Assembly: GCA_017309115.1 (NCBI GenBank)
Contig: JAFLEF010000001.1
Location: forward strand, 184,616 to 248,615
Direction: 5' to 3'
Origin: Verrucomicrobiota bacterium
GTDB taxonomy: Bacteria > Verrucomicrobiota > Verrucomicrobiia > Limisphaerales > UBA9464
DNA length: 64,000 nt
Both the position numbers and the translations under genes were made by a program. The first letter of the stretch is position 1. Every line of letters starts with the position of its first letter. Of the stretch, positions 9,295-18,079 are shown piece by piece. The notes under the pieces were generated by a model, which saw nothing but the letters and a program-made list of their open reading frames with translations, made no database searches and was not told the DNA's origin.

Positions 9295-10460
9295 CGGTCA
9301 CCCGCTTGTTTCCAGAGGTCACCTTCCTTCCGAAAGATCACTACCACGCGACCGTTCCGCAGCCCCTCCTCCGCGGGAGGCGCACTGATATGCAACTGTA
9401 CCTCAGTGTCGGACACGATCTCCTTCTGATCGATGTGATAACCGGACATCGCCTGAGCCCAAACCTTTGCCGTAGCGCTGACCTCGGCCTCGGACTTACC
9501 CGCCATCTTGTTCCGCATTCGTTCTGCCTGAGCCGCGGTACATCCCTTCAGATATCCGTCGAAGTCACCCTGACTTCCCGCCCACAGCATCGACTGAATA
9601 GCCGCCTCGGGCGTCGCGAACCCAACGAAGCCGTTCTGCGGTGACGCTTTTCTGTCCGGCGGTTCGGTGTCCCGGAGGAGGACGGTGGTGGTGCCAGCGG
9701 CCATCAAGAGAACGGTTCCGGCAACGACGACAGTTTTGAGTTTGGTCCAAGCCATGGATTTTAGGGTGAGATGGAAGAGGGGAGAAAGAGTGGACGGAAC
9801 AGCGGCACTGCCCGCAACGGTGAGCGAGGTCGCCGCAGCGAGCCCGATGGGAGCGGCTTGCACCGAGTGGGTCGAAACAGCGACGCCAATGGCTGCGGCC
9901 GACAGGGCGATTCCGCGGCGGGCGAGTATGGTTCGCAATTTTCCCAGTGCCCGGTTCACCCGCATTTTGGCGGCCGACTCCGAAACGCCCATAGCCACAC
10001 TTACCTCCCGAAAACTGCGTCCCTCCAGGAACCGGAGCACGACGGCGTTGTGATCGGCTTCCGACAACCGGCTCATCGCGGCATCGAGCAAGGGCTCGAT
10101 CTGCTTCCAGTCGTCAGCAACCGCATCGGAGGGAGCGGGGTCGTTTTGGGGGGACTGCATGAAAACCTCCAGTTCACGGGCCTGACGGCGCCGTTGCATC
10201 GTGAGGGCCCGGGCGGATACGTATCGAGCGGTCCGGCAGAGCCACGCCGACACCACGGTGTGAGGACCCAAGGAACCGGCCTTGCGCGCGAGAATGAGGA
10301 ACACGGTCTGCGTGATCTCCTCGGCCTGGTGCGGATCTCGAACCTGTCTCAGCGCCACGGAATAGACCAGGTTGACGTGCCGGGCGACGAGGGCGGCGAA
10401 GGCCTCCTCGGATCCCGATCGTGCAAACGTCCGCACGAGCTCGCCGTCATCGGTCATCAT
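9291..10460 (-). CDS. ECF sigma-70 factor with C-terminal transmembrane/extracytoplasmic extension
   Basis: Region 2 ([31 protein letters not shown]) and region 4 ([37 protein letters not shown]). These are followed by an Ala-rich linker, a TM ([20 protein letters not shown]) and a ~110-aa domain. Start trimmed to MMTDDGELV (10460), because the track ORF runs into repeat R2. Confidence 0.8.
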   Translation of the reverse strand: MMTDDGELVRTFARSGSEEAFAALVARHVNLVYSVALRQVRDPHQAEEITQTVFLILARKAGSLGPHTVVSAWLCRTARYVSARALTMQRRRQARELEVFMQSPQNDPAPSDAVADDWKQIEPLLDAAMSRLSEADHNAVVLRFLEGRSFREVSVAMGVSESAAKMRVNRALGKLRTILARRGIALSAAAIGVAVSTHSVQAAPIGLAAATSLTVAGSAAVPSTLSPLFHLTLKSMAWTKLKTVVVAGTVLLMAAGTTTVLLRDTEPPDRKASPQNGFVGFATPEAAIQSMLWAGSQGDFDGYLKGCTAAQAERMRNKMAGKSEAEVSATAKVWAQAMSGYHIDQKEIVSDTEVQLHISAPPAEEGLRNGRVVVIFRKEGDLWKQAGDR

Positions 10461-10553
10461 TTCACGAGGACATCTCCGCCCCATCGGAAAAGTAACAGGG
10501 AAAGTTTCCCATCCAACTCCACCTGCGTTGGCTCCGCGAAACGTCGCCCCACC

Positions 10554-10660
10554 GTAGCCGCCGAGGGAACGAGGCGCTGACTCATCAAGCCAACTCCACG
10601 CGCTGAATTCCAAGGAACGCGCCACCACACCCAATAGCGCCTCCTGCCGTCGGCGGCTAC
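10554..10660. repeat. family-R2 palindromic intergenic element, copy 3
   Basis: gtagccgccgagggaacgaggcgctgactcatcaagccaactccacgcgctgaattccaagg...cctgccgtcggcggctac. Preceded (10531-10553) by a fragment of family A, as in copy 1. Confidence 0.8.
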
Positions 10661-10710
10661 GACCCGCTTAACCTTCGAGACAGACGCCGCTTGGCCCGAC
10701 CGTATCGGGA

Positions 10711-11278
10711 ATGGTACGTCCTTCGAATCATGCGCGTCTTGTGAAAGATCAGGTGTACGTGCTGGGACGGGATCAGATCATGCGCCCGTTGGATTTGAAT
10801 CAGGACGGCGAAGCGGACGTGTACGAGAATTTCAACAACGACGACGCGGGATGGAGCACTGCACCGGGTGAGATTCACCGGTAAGCCGTTTCCGACACTG
10901 ACGGGATTCACCGTCCAGCCTCAGAGCTTCGAACTTCAGTTCAACACCGGCATCGATCCAGTCGCCGCCACGGATCCGCAGAACTGGACTTTGCAGCAAT
11001 GGAATTATCGCTGGAGTCACAAGTACGGGTCCGACCTCTATTCGGTGGCAGAGCCGGAGAAGGTTCTGGCCAAAAAGGGCGATCTGAAGGGCGACGCGAT
11101 TATGATCCGCTCCATCCAAGTGCTGGATCAGGGCCGGCGCGTCCGGATCGAGGTTCCCGAGGTCATCCCGGCCATGCAACTCATGGTACGAGGCACCCTC
11201 CGGACGACCGACAAAACCGAACTGCCCGTGGAGTATTACGGATCTATCAACGCAGTGCCGGGCTTGGCAAAACGGTAA
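10711..11278 (+). pseudogene. C-terminal remnant of a larger gene, with internal frameshift
   Basis: Two short overlapping frames. 10711-10884 encodes ...VYVLGRDQIMRPLDLNQDGEADVYENFNNDD... 10868-11278 encodes ...FTVQPQSFELQF...NWTLQQWNYRWSHKYGSDLYSV... They read like consecutive pieces of one protein tail with no N-terminal body upstream. The family assignment is from memory only (PVC dehydrogenase/haem-binding giant proteins). Confidence 0.3.
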
Positions 11279-11301
11279 GTAGTCGTCGAGAGAGCAGAGT
11301 T

Positions 11302-14300
11302 TTGGTTGAACTGAGGAATTTTAAGGATCCAGACTCTGGCATCCACTCGTCTGCTTCGGATCTACGTTCGGCGGCCTCCCGGAACAGCCCCCCCAGTGCC
11401 CGCGACTCCATCTCCGAGATCGCGGTTCGACTGGTGGCCGATCACCCCGGATTGCTGGCTGGCGTCCAGACGCTCAGCGGTCAGTGGCCGGCCTTTTTTC
11501 AGGGCGACCTAGCGGCGGCCCGGCTCCAAGCACACCTACCTCAATGGACGGAAACCATCTGGGCCGCGGTGAATCCAGAGGCGCCGGACCAGGTGCTTGG
11601 ACGAGCCATCGCCGTGCCTCTCCGATTGCACGCGGCGAACCGGTTTCGCCGACCCGACGGCGGCTGGGATACCCTCGTCGGCTGGGCGCTGGAGGATCTG
11701 GCCGCTGGCACCCTGCCAGACACGCTGGTGGGGCTCGATATCACGGTGGAAGACCACGCACCTCACGGAGTGGCCTCAGCGCTGATACTCGCTCTCCGAA
11801 CTCGGGCTTCGGAACTGGGCTGCCGTGAGGTCCTGATTCCGCTGCGACCCGCGGCCCCCGCTTCCCGGCCGGACCTTACCTTCACCGAGTATTTGCGGGC
11901 CACCCAACCCGACCAACGACCGGTGGATCCCTGGTTACGCCTGCATCTGGATCTGGGCGGACGTGTGGAGGGGGTGGCCCGTCGCTCCATGACAGTCGTA
12001 GCGGAATTGGAGCAATGGCGGAAGTGGACCGGAGCAACCCTGCAGTCCAACGGGCCAACCTGGGTTCCCGGCGGAATCGTGCCCGTGCAGGTGAATCAGG
12101 CCTCCGGACTGGGCCGTTACGTCGAACCGAACATTTACATCGTCCATTCCCCGCCGACCAGAAGCCCCTCGCCTGCGGGCTCAACCAAAACCGGGCTGCC
12201 GGACGTCATCGAACTCACCGGACTCGTGGCGGAAGGCCTGCGGAAAACTGCCCGTCTCGCCGGACGACCAGTGTGGCATCCCACGGGAGCACTGGCGATC
12301 AGCTGCCATTCCGGATGGCCCGGGCCGTTTCATCGCGCGGCCGTGGTGCTGGATGACACCCGCAATCCAACCGAGACTTTGGCGAGCCTGGGTCGGCGAC
12401 TCGATCCCGGCGGGCGATGGATTCTGTGGCTTCGTCCGGATCAAGCTGCGCTCCAGAGTGTCGCCGAACGCGGCGGGTTCCGTCCGCTTCCCGCCCAGGG
12501 AACTCCGGACTGGATCCGCCCCCTGGACCGACCCACCAGCGGCCCAGTGGAGCCAATCGAGCCCGACCGCGGCAGTTCTCCCGATCTTCGCTGGGTTCCG
12601 GTGGACCGGGAATCTTGGACCCGCTTTGTGGAGTTGGTGGTTACCGCTTTCCGGGACGAGGCGACGCCAGAAGCCGCCCTGCGCGAACAGTTCGGCCCCG
12701 AACCGCCCGCGCCGGAGGATGGCATCCAGGCGCTTTTCGCCGAGGTAGAGGGACAACCAGCGGCGGCGGCTTGGGTTCGGCTTCACGGGCATTTGGCCGT
12801 GGTGGAGCAGGTCGCTGTGGCCCCCGCGTTTCGCCGCCGTGGATTGGGCCGGCGCATCACCCGGCGCGCACTGGATCTAGCCTCCCAACTAGGAGCCGAA
12901 TGGGCGGTCGTCCAACCGACTACAGCGGGCGAACCCGTCTATCGAGCCTTGGGATTTTTCCCGGCCGGTAGTTGGCAATGGTGGATCAGCCCCAAGTCCG
13001 CCCCGGAGCTTCGCGTCTTGGGGCCCGGCTGGCCACGGGGAGCGCTGCCTGAGGTGAATGGGGTGGATGAATTTGTCCGCCTTCACGCCCACCACCAGCC
13101 CGATCGTCTCGCCCTGGAATCCAGCACTGTCCGCCTGACCTATCGTCAACTGGAGGATCAAATCGAAAGGGTTTCCCACGCACTAGTTCGTGCTGCCATT
13201 GGAGCGGGAGACCGCGTGGCCGTTCTGGATGCAGAAGGAATCGAACCCGTGGTCGCGTTCCTCGGCGTCCTGAGAAGCGGTGCTGCGGCGATCGCCCTGG
13301 ATCCGGATGAACCGGCGCCACGGCGGGCCATCCGGCTGCGAACGGTACGCGCGCTGGTGGCCGGAGTGGAGAATGCGAGAGCCCTGCTGGAAACCCATCC
13401 CCACGTCGGAATGCTGGTGATCGATCCTGCCGACCTAAGGTCTCCGACACTCCCACCTCCCCCCGTTCCCGCCCCCGCCCCGGCCCGAGATCCCGAGGCC
13501 ATCGCCTACGTGGCGTTCACGTCCGGATCCTCGGGGACTCCGAAGGGCGTTGCCATTTCGCATCGCGCGCTACTCGCCCACGCTGCGGGGATGGTGGGCT
13601 GTTTCAAACTCCACGGCGATGATCGGGTCCTGCAACTGACGTCCCTGACTTTCGACGTCGCCTTCGAGGAAATCGTACCGACGCTAGCCGCGGGCGCGAC
13701 GGTCGTGCGGGCACCGCGACGTGCCCGCTTTTCCTTGGCCGATCTGGAGGCGCTGATGTCTGAACTCGGACCGACGGTCATCAATCTCCCTTCGCCGTTG
13801 TTCCATACTTGGGTTGATCAATGCCGCGTTCTGGCCCGCCCGCCCCGGCTCGGTGCACGGATCCGATTGCTGGTGGTGGGGTCGGACCGAACTGAGCCGG
13901 CGGCAATACGGTCCTGGCAGACCATGGTCCGGCCCCCGCACCGAATTGTGCACGCTTACGGCACCACCGAGACGACCATCACCTCGCTCGCGTACGAGAT
14001 TCCCTGGCCGCTTCCGGAGACGGTGAACGACCTCCCGTTGGGTTTTCCTCTGGCCCATGCCCGAGTGGAATTGCGCACGCGGGACGATGACGGAAGGCCG
14101 ACTTCAACCAGCCCGGAACGTCGGGAGTTAGTGGTGAGGGGAACGGCCCTGGCGACTGGGTATCTGCTGACGGAGGCGAACGATGCCTCCCCAAGTTGGG
14201 TGGAGCACACCTTTCGCGAAGGTTGGTATGCCACGGGTGATGCGGTGCGTCTGAACACCGCCGGCGAACTTTGTTTTGCCGGCCGCCTTGATGCCCAAAT

Positions 14301-15621
14301 CAAGATTCGCGGAATCCGGCTCGAGCCCAGCGAGATTGAAGCGGCCCTGCGAGCTCTTCCCGGTATCCGCGACGCCGTGGTCTTACCGATCCCCGTTCGT
14401 CCCGGCTCCGTTGACCTTCATGGCTGGGTGGCTTCGGACGACTTGCTCAACCCCGCTGAACTCCGCGCCTCCCTGGCCCAACGTCTGCCCGAGGCGTTCG
14501 TCCCTACGAGCCTCGCCGTTCTGCGAGAACTGCCCCGGACCGCGGGCGGCAAGATCGACCGAACGGCCCTGCGCACACTCGCCTTCACCTCCTCGGCCAC
14601 GGTTCCTCCTCCGACTCCCAACCGGTCCCCCATCGAACTCCTGGTGGAGGAACTCTGGGCTGAAGTTCTGGGATCCCGCGCCCTGCCCTCCGGCGCGGAC
14701 CTGCTCAAGTCCGGAGCCGATTCGCTTTCCATTTTGGAACTCGCGGTTCGGCTAGAAGCTGCCCTAGGCACTCCGGTGGGCGCCGCCCGGGTCCTTGAAG
14801 CAGGCACGAAAGAGGGACTACAAGCGCTCGCCCAATCCCTGCTCGACTCCACATGGCAACGATCTCCCTTGTTGGCGCTGCATCCTTCCGGAATCCGGCC
14901 TCCCCTGTTTCTGGCAACCACGGACGAACGCACCCTCTTTGGTCTACGACGCCTGTCCGAAGTATTGGGCCAGGAACAACCGCTATATGCCATGCCGTTG
15001 CTGCTGGAAACACAGCCCGACTCCGGCGCCGAACGAGTCTCCACCTACGCCACCCGACTGGTCGACGCGGCCCGCGCCATTCAACCCCGCGGTCCCCTTC
15101 GCCTGGGTGGTGTTTCCCTGGGAACCCTGGTGGCGCTGCAGTCCGCGCACCTCCTGCAGGATCGGGGCGAAGTGGCTCACCTGCTCCTGGTGGACGGAGT
15201 ATGTCATGCCGGTCTTCCCTGGTCGGAGCGCAGCCGATTGATCATGGAAGCGCCGCTGCTGTGGCTTCTGGAACGGGCCCTGGGACCACGCCTTCCGGAG
15301 AATGTGGCGTTGAAATTACGGCAACTCCGCCGCTGGCTCCGCCGCGACACGCTCGAAGACGATCGAGCCAGGCACGAAGTACGCCTGCTGGCCATCGAAC
15401 ACCGGGACCGTCCCACCCCTCTGACTGGAGACGCCAATCTGATCGTCTCAGCGGAAGAGGTCAGGTTGTCTTCGAATAGCTCCCTGGGATGGCGGCGAAT
15501 GGTTCAGGGAAGCCTCACGGTAGACCGGGTGCCCGGCGGCCACTTCGATCTGTTCCAAAGCCAACTCCCGGCCACTGCCGCAGCGATCTCCCGCTGGCTC
15601 CAGCGGCATTCCAGTGAGTAA
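11302..15621 (+). CDS. NRPS-like single-module protein: GNAT-like / GNAT / adenylation / carrier / thioesterase
   Basis: Adenylation cores: AYVAFTSGSSGTPKG (13504-13548), HAYGTTETT, YATGDAV, GRLDAQIKIRGIRLEPSEIE, PRTAGGKIDR. Carrier motif GADSLS (Ser codon 14722-14724). Thioesterase GVSLG (Ser codon 15115-15117) and late GGHFDL. GNAT motif A is VAVAPAFRRRGLGRRI. An N-terminal ~270-aa region resembles a GNAT-like transferase family (WPAFF..., DPWLRLHLDLGG, YVEPNIYIVH). No condensation domain. The start is uncertain: the track ORF begins at 10999 but overlaps the remnant gene, and TTG 11302 is the first start after it. Confidence 0.8.
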   Translation: MVELRNFKDPDSGIHSSASDLRSAASRNSPPSARDSISEIAVRLVADHPGLLAGVQTLSGQWPAFFQGDLAAARLQAHLPQWTETIWAAVNPEAPDQVLGRAIAVPLRLHAANRFRRPDGGWDTLVGWALEDLAAGTLPDTLVGLDITVEDHAPHGVASALILALRTRASELGCREVLIPLRPAAPASRPDLTFTEYLRATQPDQRPVDPWLRLHLDLGGRVEGVARRSMTVVAELEQWRKWTGATLQSNGPTWVPGGIVPVQVNQASGLGRYVEPNIYIVHSPPTRSPSPAGSTKTGLPDVIELTGLVAEGLRKTARLAGRPVWHPTGALAISCHSGWPGPFHRAAVVLDDTRNPTETLASLGRRLDPGGRWILWLRPDQAALQSVAERGGFRPLPAQGTPDWIRPLDRPTSGPVEPIEPDRGSSPDLRWVPVDRESWTRFVELVVTAFRDEATPEAALREQFGPEPPAPEDGIQALFAEVEGQPAAAAWVRLHGHLAVVEQVAVAPAFRRRGLGRRITRRALDLASQLGAEWAVVQPTTAGEPVYRALGFFPAGSWQWWISPKSAPELRVLGPGWPRGALPEVNGVDEFVRLHAHHQPDRLALESSTVRLTYRQLEDQIERVSHALVRAAIGAGDRVAVLDAEGIEPVVAFLGVLRSGAAAIALDPDEPAPRRAIRLRTVRALVAGVENARALLETHPHVGMLVIDPADLRSPTLPPPPVPAPAPARDPEAIAYVAFTSGSSGTPKGVAISHRALLAHAAGMVGCFKLHGDDRVLQLTSLTFDVAFEEIVPTLAAGATVVRAPRRARFSLADLEALMSELGPTVINLPSPLFHTWVDQCRVLARPPRLGARIRLLVVGSDRTEPAAIRSWQTMVRPPHRIVHAYGTTETTITSLAYEIPWPLPETVNDLPLGFPLAHARVELRTRDDDGRPTSTSPERRELVVRGTALATGYLLTEANDASPSWVEHTFREGWYATGDAVRLNTAGELCFAGRLDAQIKIRGIRLEPSEIEAALRALPGIRDAVVLPIPVRPGSVDLHGWVASDDLLNPAELRASLAQRLPEAFVPTSLAVLRELPRTAGGKIDRTALRTLAFTSSATVPPPTPNRSPIELLVEELWAEVLGSRALPSGADLLKSGADSLSILELAVRLEAALGTPVGAARVLEAGTKEGLQALAQSLLDSTWQRSPLLALHPSGIRPPLFLATTDERTLFGLRRLSEVLGQEQPLYAMPLLLETQPDSGAERVSTYATRLVDAARAIQPRGPLRLGGVSLGTLVALQSAHLLQDRGEVAHLLLVDGVCHAGLPWSERSRLIMEAPLLWLLERALGPRLPENVALKLRQLRRWLRRDTLEDDRARHEVRLLAIEHRDRPTPLTGDANLIVSAEEVRLSSNSSLGWRRMVQGSLTVDRVPGGHFDLFQSQLPATAAAISRWLQRHSSE

Positions 15622-15637
15622 CGGCGGGCCCGAAGGG

Positions 15638-16579
15638 TTATGGCTTCGGCGTTTGCTCCAGCCAGGCCTTCAGCTCAGCCACTTCCTCCGGCTTCAGTCG
15701 GCGGTTGGGTGGCATGTAACCGAAGTCCACCAGGATGCGGATCGGATGCGAATGAACCCGGTGCAGCGCATCTCGGTCACCATCTTCGGAATGACACTTC
15801 GCGCAAAACTTCAAGGTCATCGGTTCACCGTACTCCGCCGGTGGATCGTGCGGTGGGAACACAAACTCTGAACGCGGCTGGTCCGCAATATGGCGACTGA
15901 GTTCCGCGGCCAGCGCTGCGTCGATCACCAGATCCTCCCGGGCCGGATGAATCGCCAGGGGTCCGGACGAATGACACTTGTAGCAACTCTTGCCCTCAAA
16001 CTTCGGGCCGGTGCTTTTAAGTTCAGCGTAGTAATCCCGCGCCGGAGTCACCGTTAAATCCTGAACGATGGAGAAATACGACCAGCCCTGATCCGACGCC
16101 GTTTTCTGAACCAACAGATACACCCGGGCCACGGAGTTGGAGAACGCCGAGATGTGATTGAGCATGGGCTGACGAATCACGTCTTCCTGCGTGCTGATCA
16201 ATCCCACGTCCGACATCGGCACCGCCTCGCCTCGATCAAACCGCCCACGCGCCTCCATCATGTAGGACTTCACCTCGTCTTCCGTCAGTCCGCTGACGCC
16301 CGTCCGAGGATGCGGGGGAAGCGCGACCACCGGCTTCGTCCATTTCTTGGCAATCCGGTTGGTGCCAATGGTGGAACTCATCTCGATGAACTTCTCCCGA
16401 GTGTAAGCCGACAAATCCAGCGGGGGCTCCAGGAGCAGTCCGGTGCCGGTGGACGCCGCCGGAGCGATCGCCGGCGCTGGCTTGAGGGACGACGAGGGAT
16501 CCTGAGCCAGAAGGAACCCCAAGAACCCAATCCCGCCCGCCCACGTCAACCGTCGTCCGAACGCTTTCAATGCCGCCAT
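15638..16579 (-). CDS. dihaem c-type cytochrome-like protein
   Basis: 313 aa with an N-terminal hydrophobic segment and two CxxCH motifs (CYKCH, CAKCH). Confidence 0.65.
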   Translation of the reverse strand: MAALKAFGRRLTWAGGIGFLGFLLAQDPSSSLKPAPAIAPAASTGTGLLLEPPLDLSAYTREKFIEMSSTIGTNRIAKKWTKPVVALPPHPRTGVSGLTEDEVKSYMMEARGRFDRGEAVPMSDVGLISTQEDVIRQPMLNHISAFSNSVARVYLLVQKTASDQGWSYFSIVQDLTVTPARDYYAELKSTGPKFEGKSCYKCHSSGPLAIHPAREDLVIDAALAAELSRHIADQPRSEFVFPPHDPPAEYGEPMTLKFCAKCHSEDGDRDALHRVHSHPIRILVDFGYMPPNRRLKPEEVAELKAWLEQTPKP

Positions 16580-16762
16580 CGGGGCATCGAAAAGCGCCGG
16601 AGACGGACTGGCAACTGCGAAGCCCGTCGACCGCCCGAGTCTTAACGCCGGCGGCGCGGGAGCAGAGGGCAGTGTCTCGCAGTATCACATCTTCAATCTC
16701 CTGCCCGACGGGGAACGTCCAGATTCGATCACTGAAGGCCCCTTGGGTGACGACACCTCTCC

Positions 16763-18079
16763 TCAGCGCGACGACAGGCCCAGCACCTCCGGAATATCGA
16801 GGGTGGTCCAGTAGCGCGACTGTCCCCCGCCAGTGCGCCCCTGGTTTCCCTCCCGGGCGCCGAGGCTAAACCGACCGGAGTAAATACGGCCCGCGAACTC
16901 AATTCGGACTTCACCTTCCGGCGGCGTTTCCGAGGAACCAGCGTAGTAATTCACCTGAGCCTCCACTGCATCCACCGAGACATCGGACTCGAACTCGATG
17001 AACTCGAATTCGCGTTCCGGAGAGGAACGGTGGTCTTTGAAGTAGTAGCCGTCCGGACTTCGCACATGGTCGAAGAACAGCGGCTCAGCGCCCCTACGGG
17101 GTCGGGCATAAAGGTCCAGATCGAGATTTCCCTGCCAGCGGATGCCAATCTTCATCGATCCCACCCGCACGGTCGGCGGGGTGCGTCCTTCGCGCGTGAT
17201 GGTGTCCTGACTAATCCAGTCGGTCAGTCCGACGTCGCGGGTCAGTCGCAACATTTCTAGTTTGCCGGGTTTGGCGCTTCGTTCCCACCGAGGCGATTCC
17301 CCCTCCGCAGGCAAGATCCCCCGCGCACCCGAGAAGAGCGTGGGCAAGTCGCCGCAGAGGGATGCCAAACGCCCCTCCTGGCTCTCCACGAAGAGCGTCC
17401 AAAAGCGGTGAACCTTTTCCTGGTGCACATCGCTCACCCACGGATCGTTCAGATATCCCCAATGGACCGTCACGGAAGACAACGCGTCCCGTCGATCCAG
17501 AGTTCCGTACACCGAACGGTCCCGGCCAACGGAGAGGTGGCCATCCGAAGGGAAGTACCCGTCCACCATCGAAAACCCCGGTTCCTTCGGATCCAGGTGG
17601 AGCGGGTTTCCCAAAAGAATCACCGTGATCGGCACGTCCGGGGACCGCAGATGCGCGCTGACGAAATCGAGAAACTGCGGCACGCGAATCGCCCCCTCAA
17701 AGGTCCATCCGTTGGTGGCAGGTCGCGGAGGATCCACCGCGAGGAACTGACGGACCTGACCAATTTGGGTACGAAACTGGTTGGCGCGGGTCTTCGCACT
17801 CCGGAACGCCGCCACCTCCGGAACCGTCAAGGTGGCAATCGTTCGCAAATGATAGGCATCGTAGAATCCGACACTGGACCCCAACGGAATGCCCTCCAGA
17901 AGGAATCCCACCACTTGACGAAAAATGTCGTCCTTCCGCGCGGGATCGAGAAATGGGGACAATCCGACCACATATCGTTCGGTCGGCCGATTGGTGACCC
18001 CGAGCGTGGCAGCCGGCAGCGCCGTGGGCGCGACGCAGACGGCCCAGCCCAAAACAAGCCATCGAAAGAGGGAATTCAT
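16763..18079 (-). CDS. secreted hypothetical protein (C-terminal DUF2135-like beta-sandwich?)
   Basis: Signal peptide MNSLFRWLVLGWAVCVAPTALPA. The C-terminal segment IGIRWQGNLDLDLYARP...DGYYFKDHRSSPEREFEFIEF...VNYYAGS...GEVRIEF resembles, from memory, the DUF2135 pattern (W..d.DlDLhv.dP...ey.....nYYg). Its ATG overlaps the stop of the upstream gene (ATGA at 18076-18079). Confidence 0.6.
   Translation of the reverse strand: MNSLFRWLVLGWAVCVAPTALPAATLGVTNRPTERYVVGLSPFLDPARKDDIFRQVVGFLLEGIPLGSSVGFYDAYHLRTIATLTVPEVAAFRSAKTRANQFRTQIGQVRQFLAVDPPRPATNGWTFEGAIRVPQFLDFVSAHLRSPDVPITVILLGNPLHLDPKEPGFSMVDGYFPSDGHLSVGRDRSVYGTLDRRDALSSVTVHWGYLNDPWVSDVHQEKVHRFWTLFVESQEGRLASLCGDLPTLFSGARGILPAEGESPRWERSAKPGKLEMLRLTRDVGLTDWISQDTITREGRTPPTVRVGSMKIGIRWQGNLDLDLYARPRRGAEPLFFDHVRSPDGYYFKDHRSSPEREFEFIEFESDVSVDAVEAQVNYYAGSSETPPEGEVRIEFAGRIYSGRFSLGAREGNQGRTGGGQSRYWTTLDIPEVLGLSSR

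Noticed and set aside
10483-10509. GGAAAC-N17-CGAT upstream of the ECF sigma at 10460 as a possible autoregulated ECF promoter
   Set aside because: It is plausible by general ECF rules. However, it is a single instance with nothing in the window to compare against, so it is not reported as a feature.
16700-16727. CGAATC-N16-GGCAGG on the minus strand upstream of the cytochrome gene
   Set aside because: The -10 part lacks the invariant GT. The site lies ~120 nt from the start codon rather than 7-11 nt. A single near-match is expected by chance.
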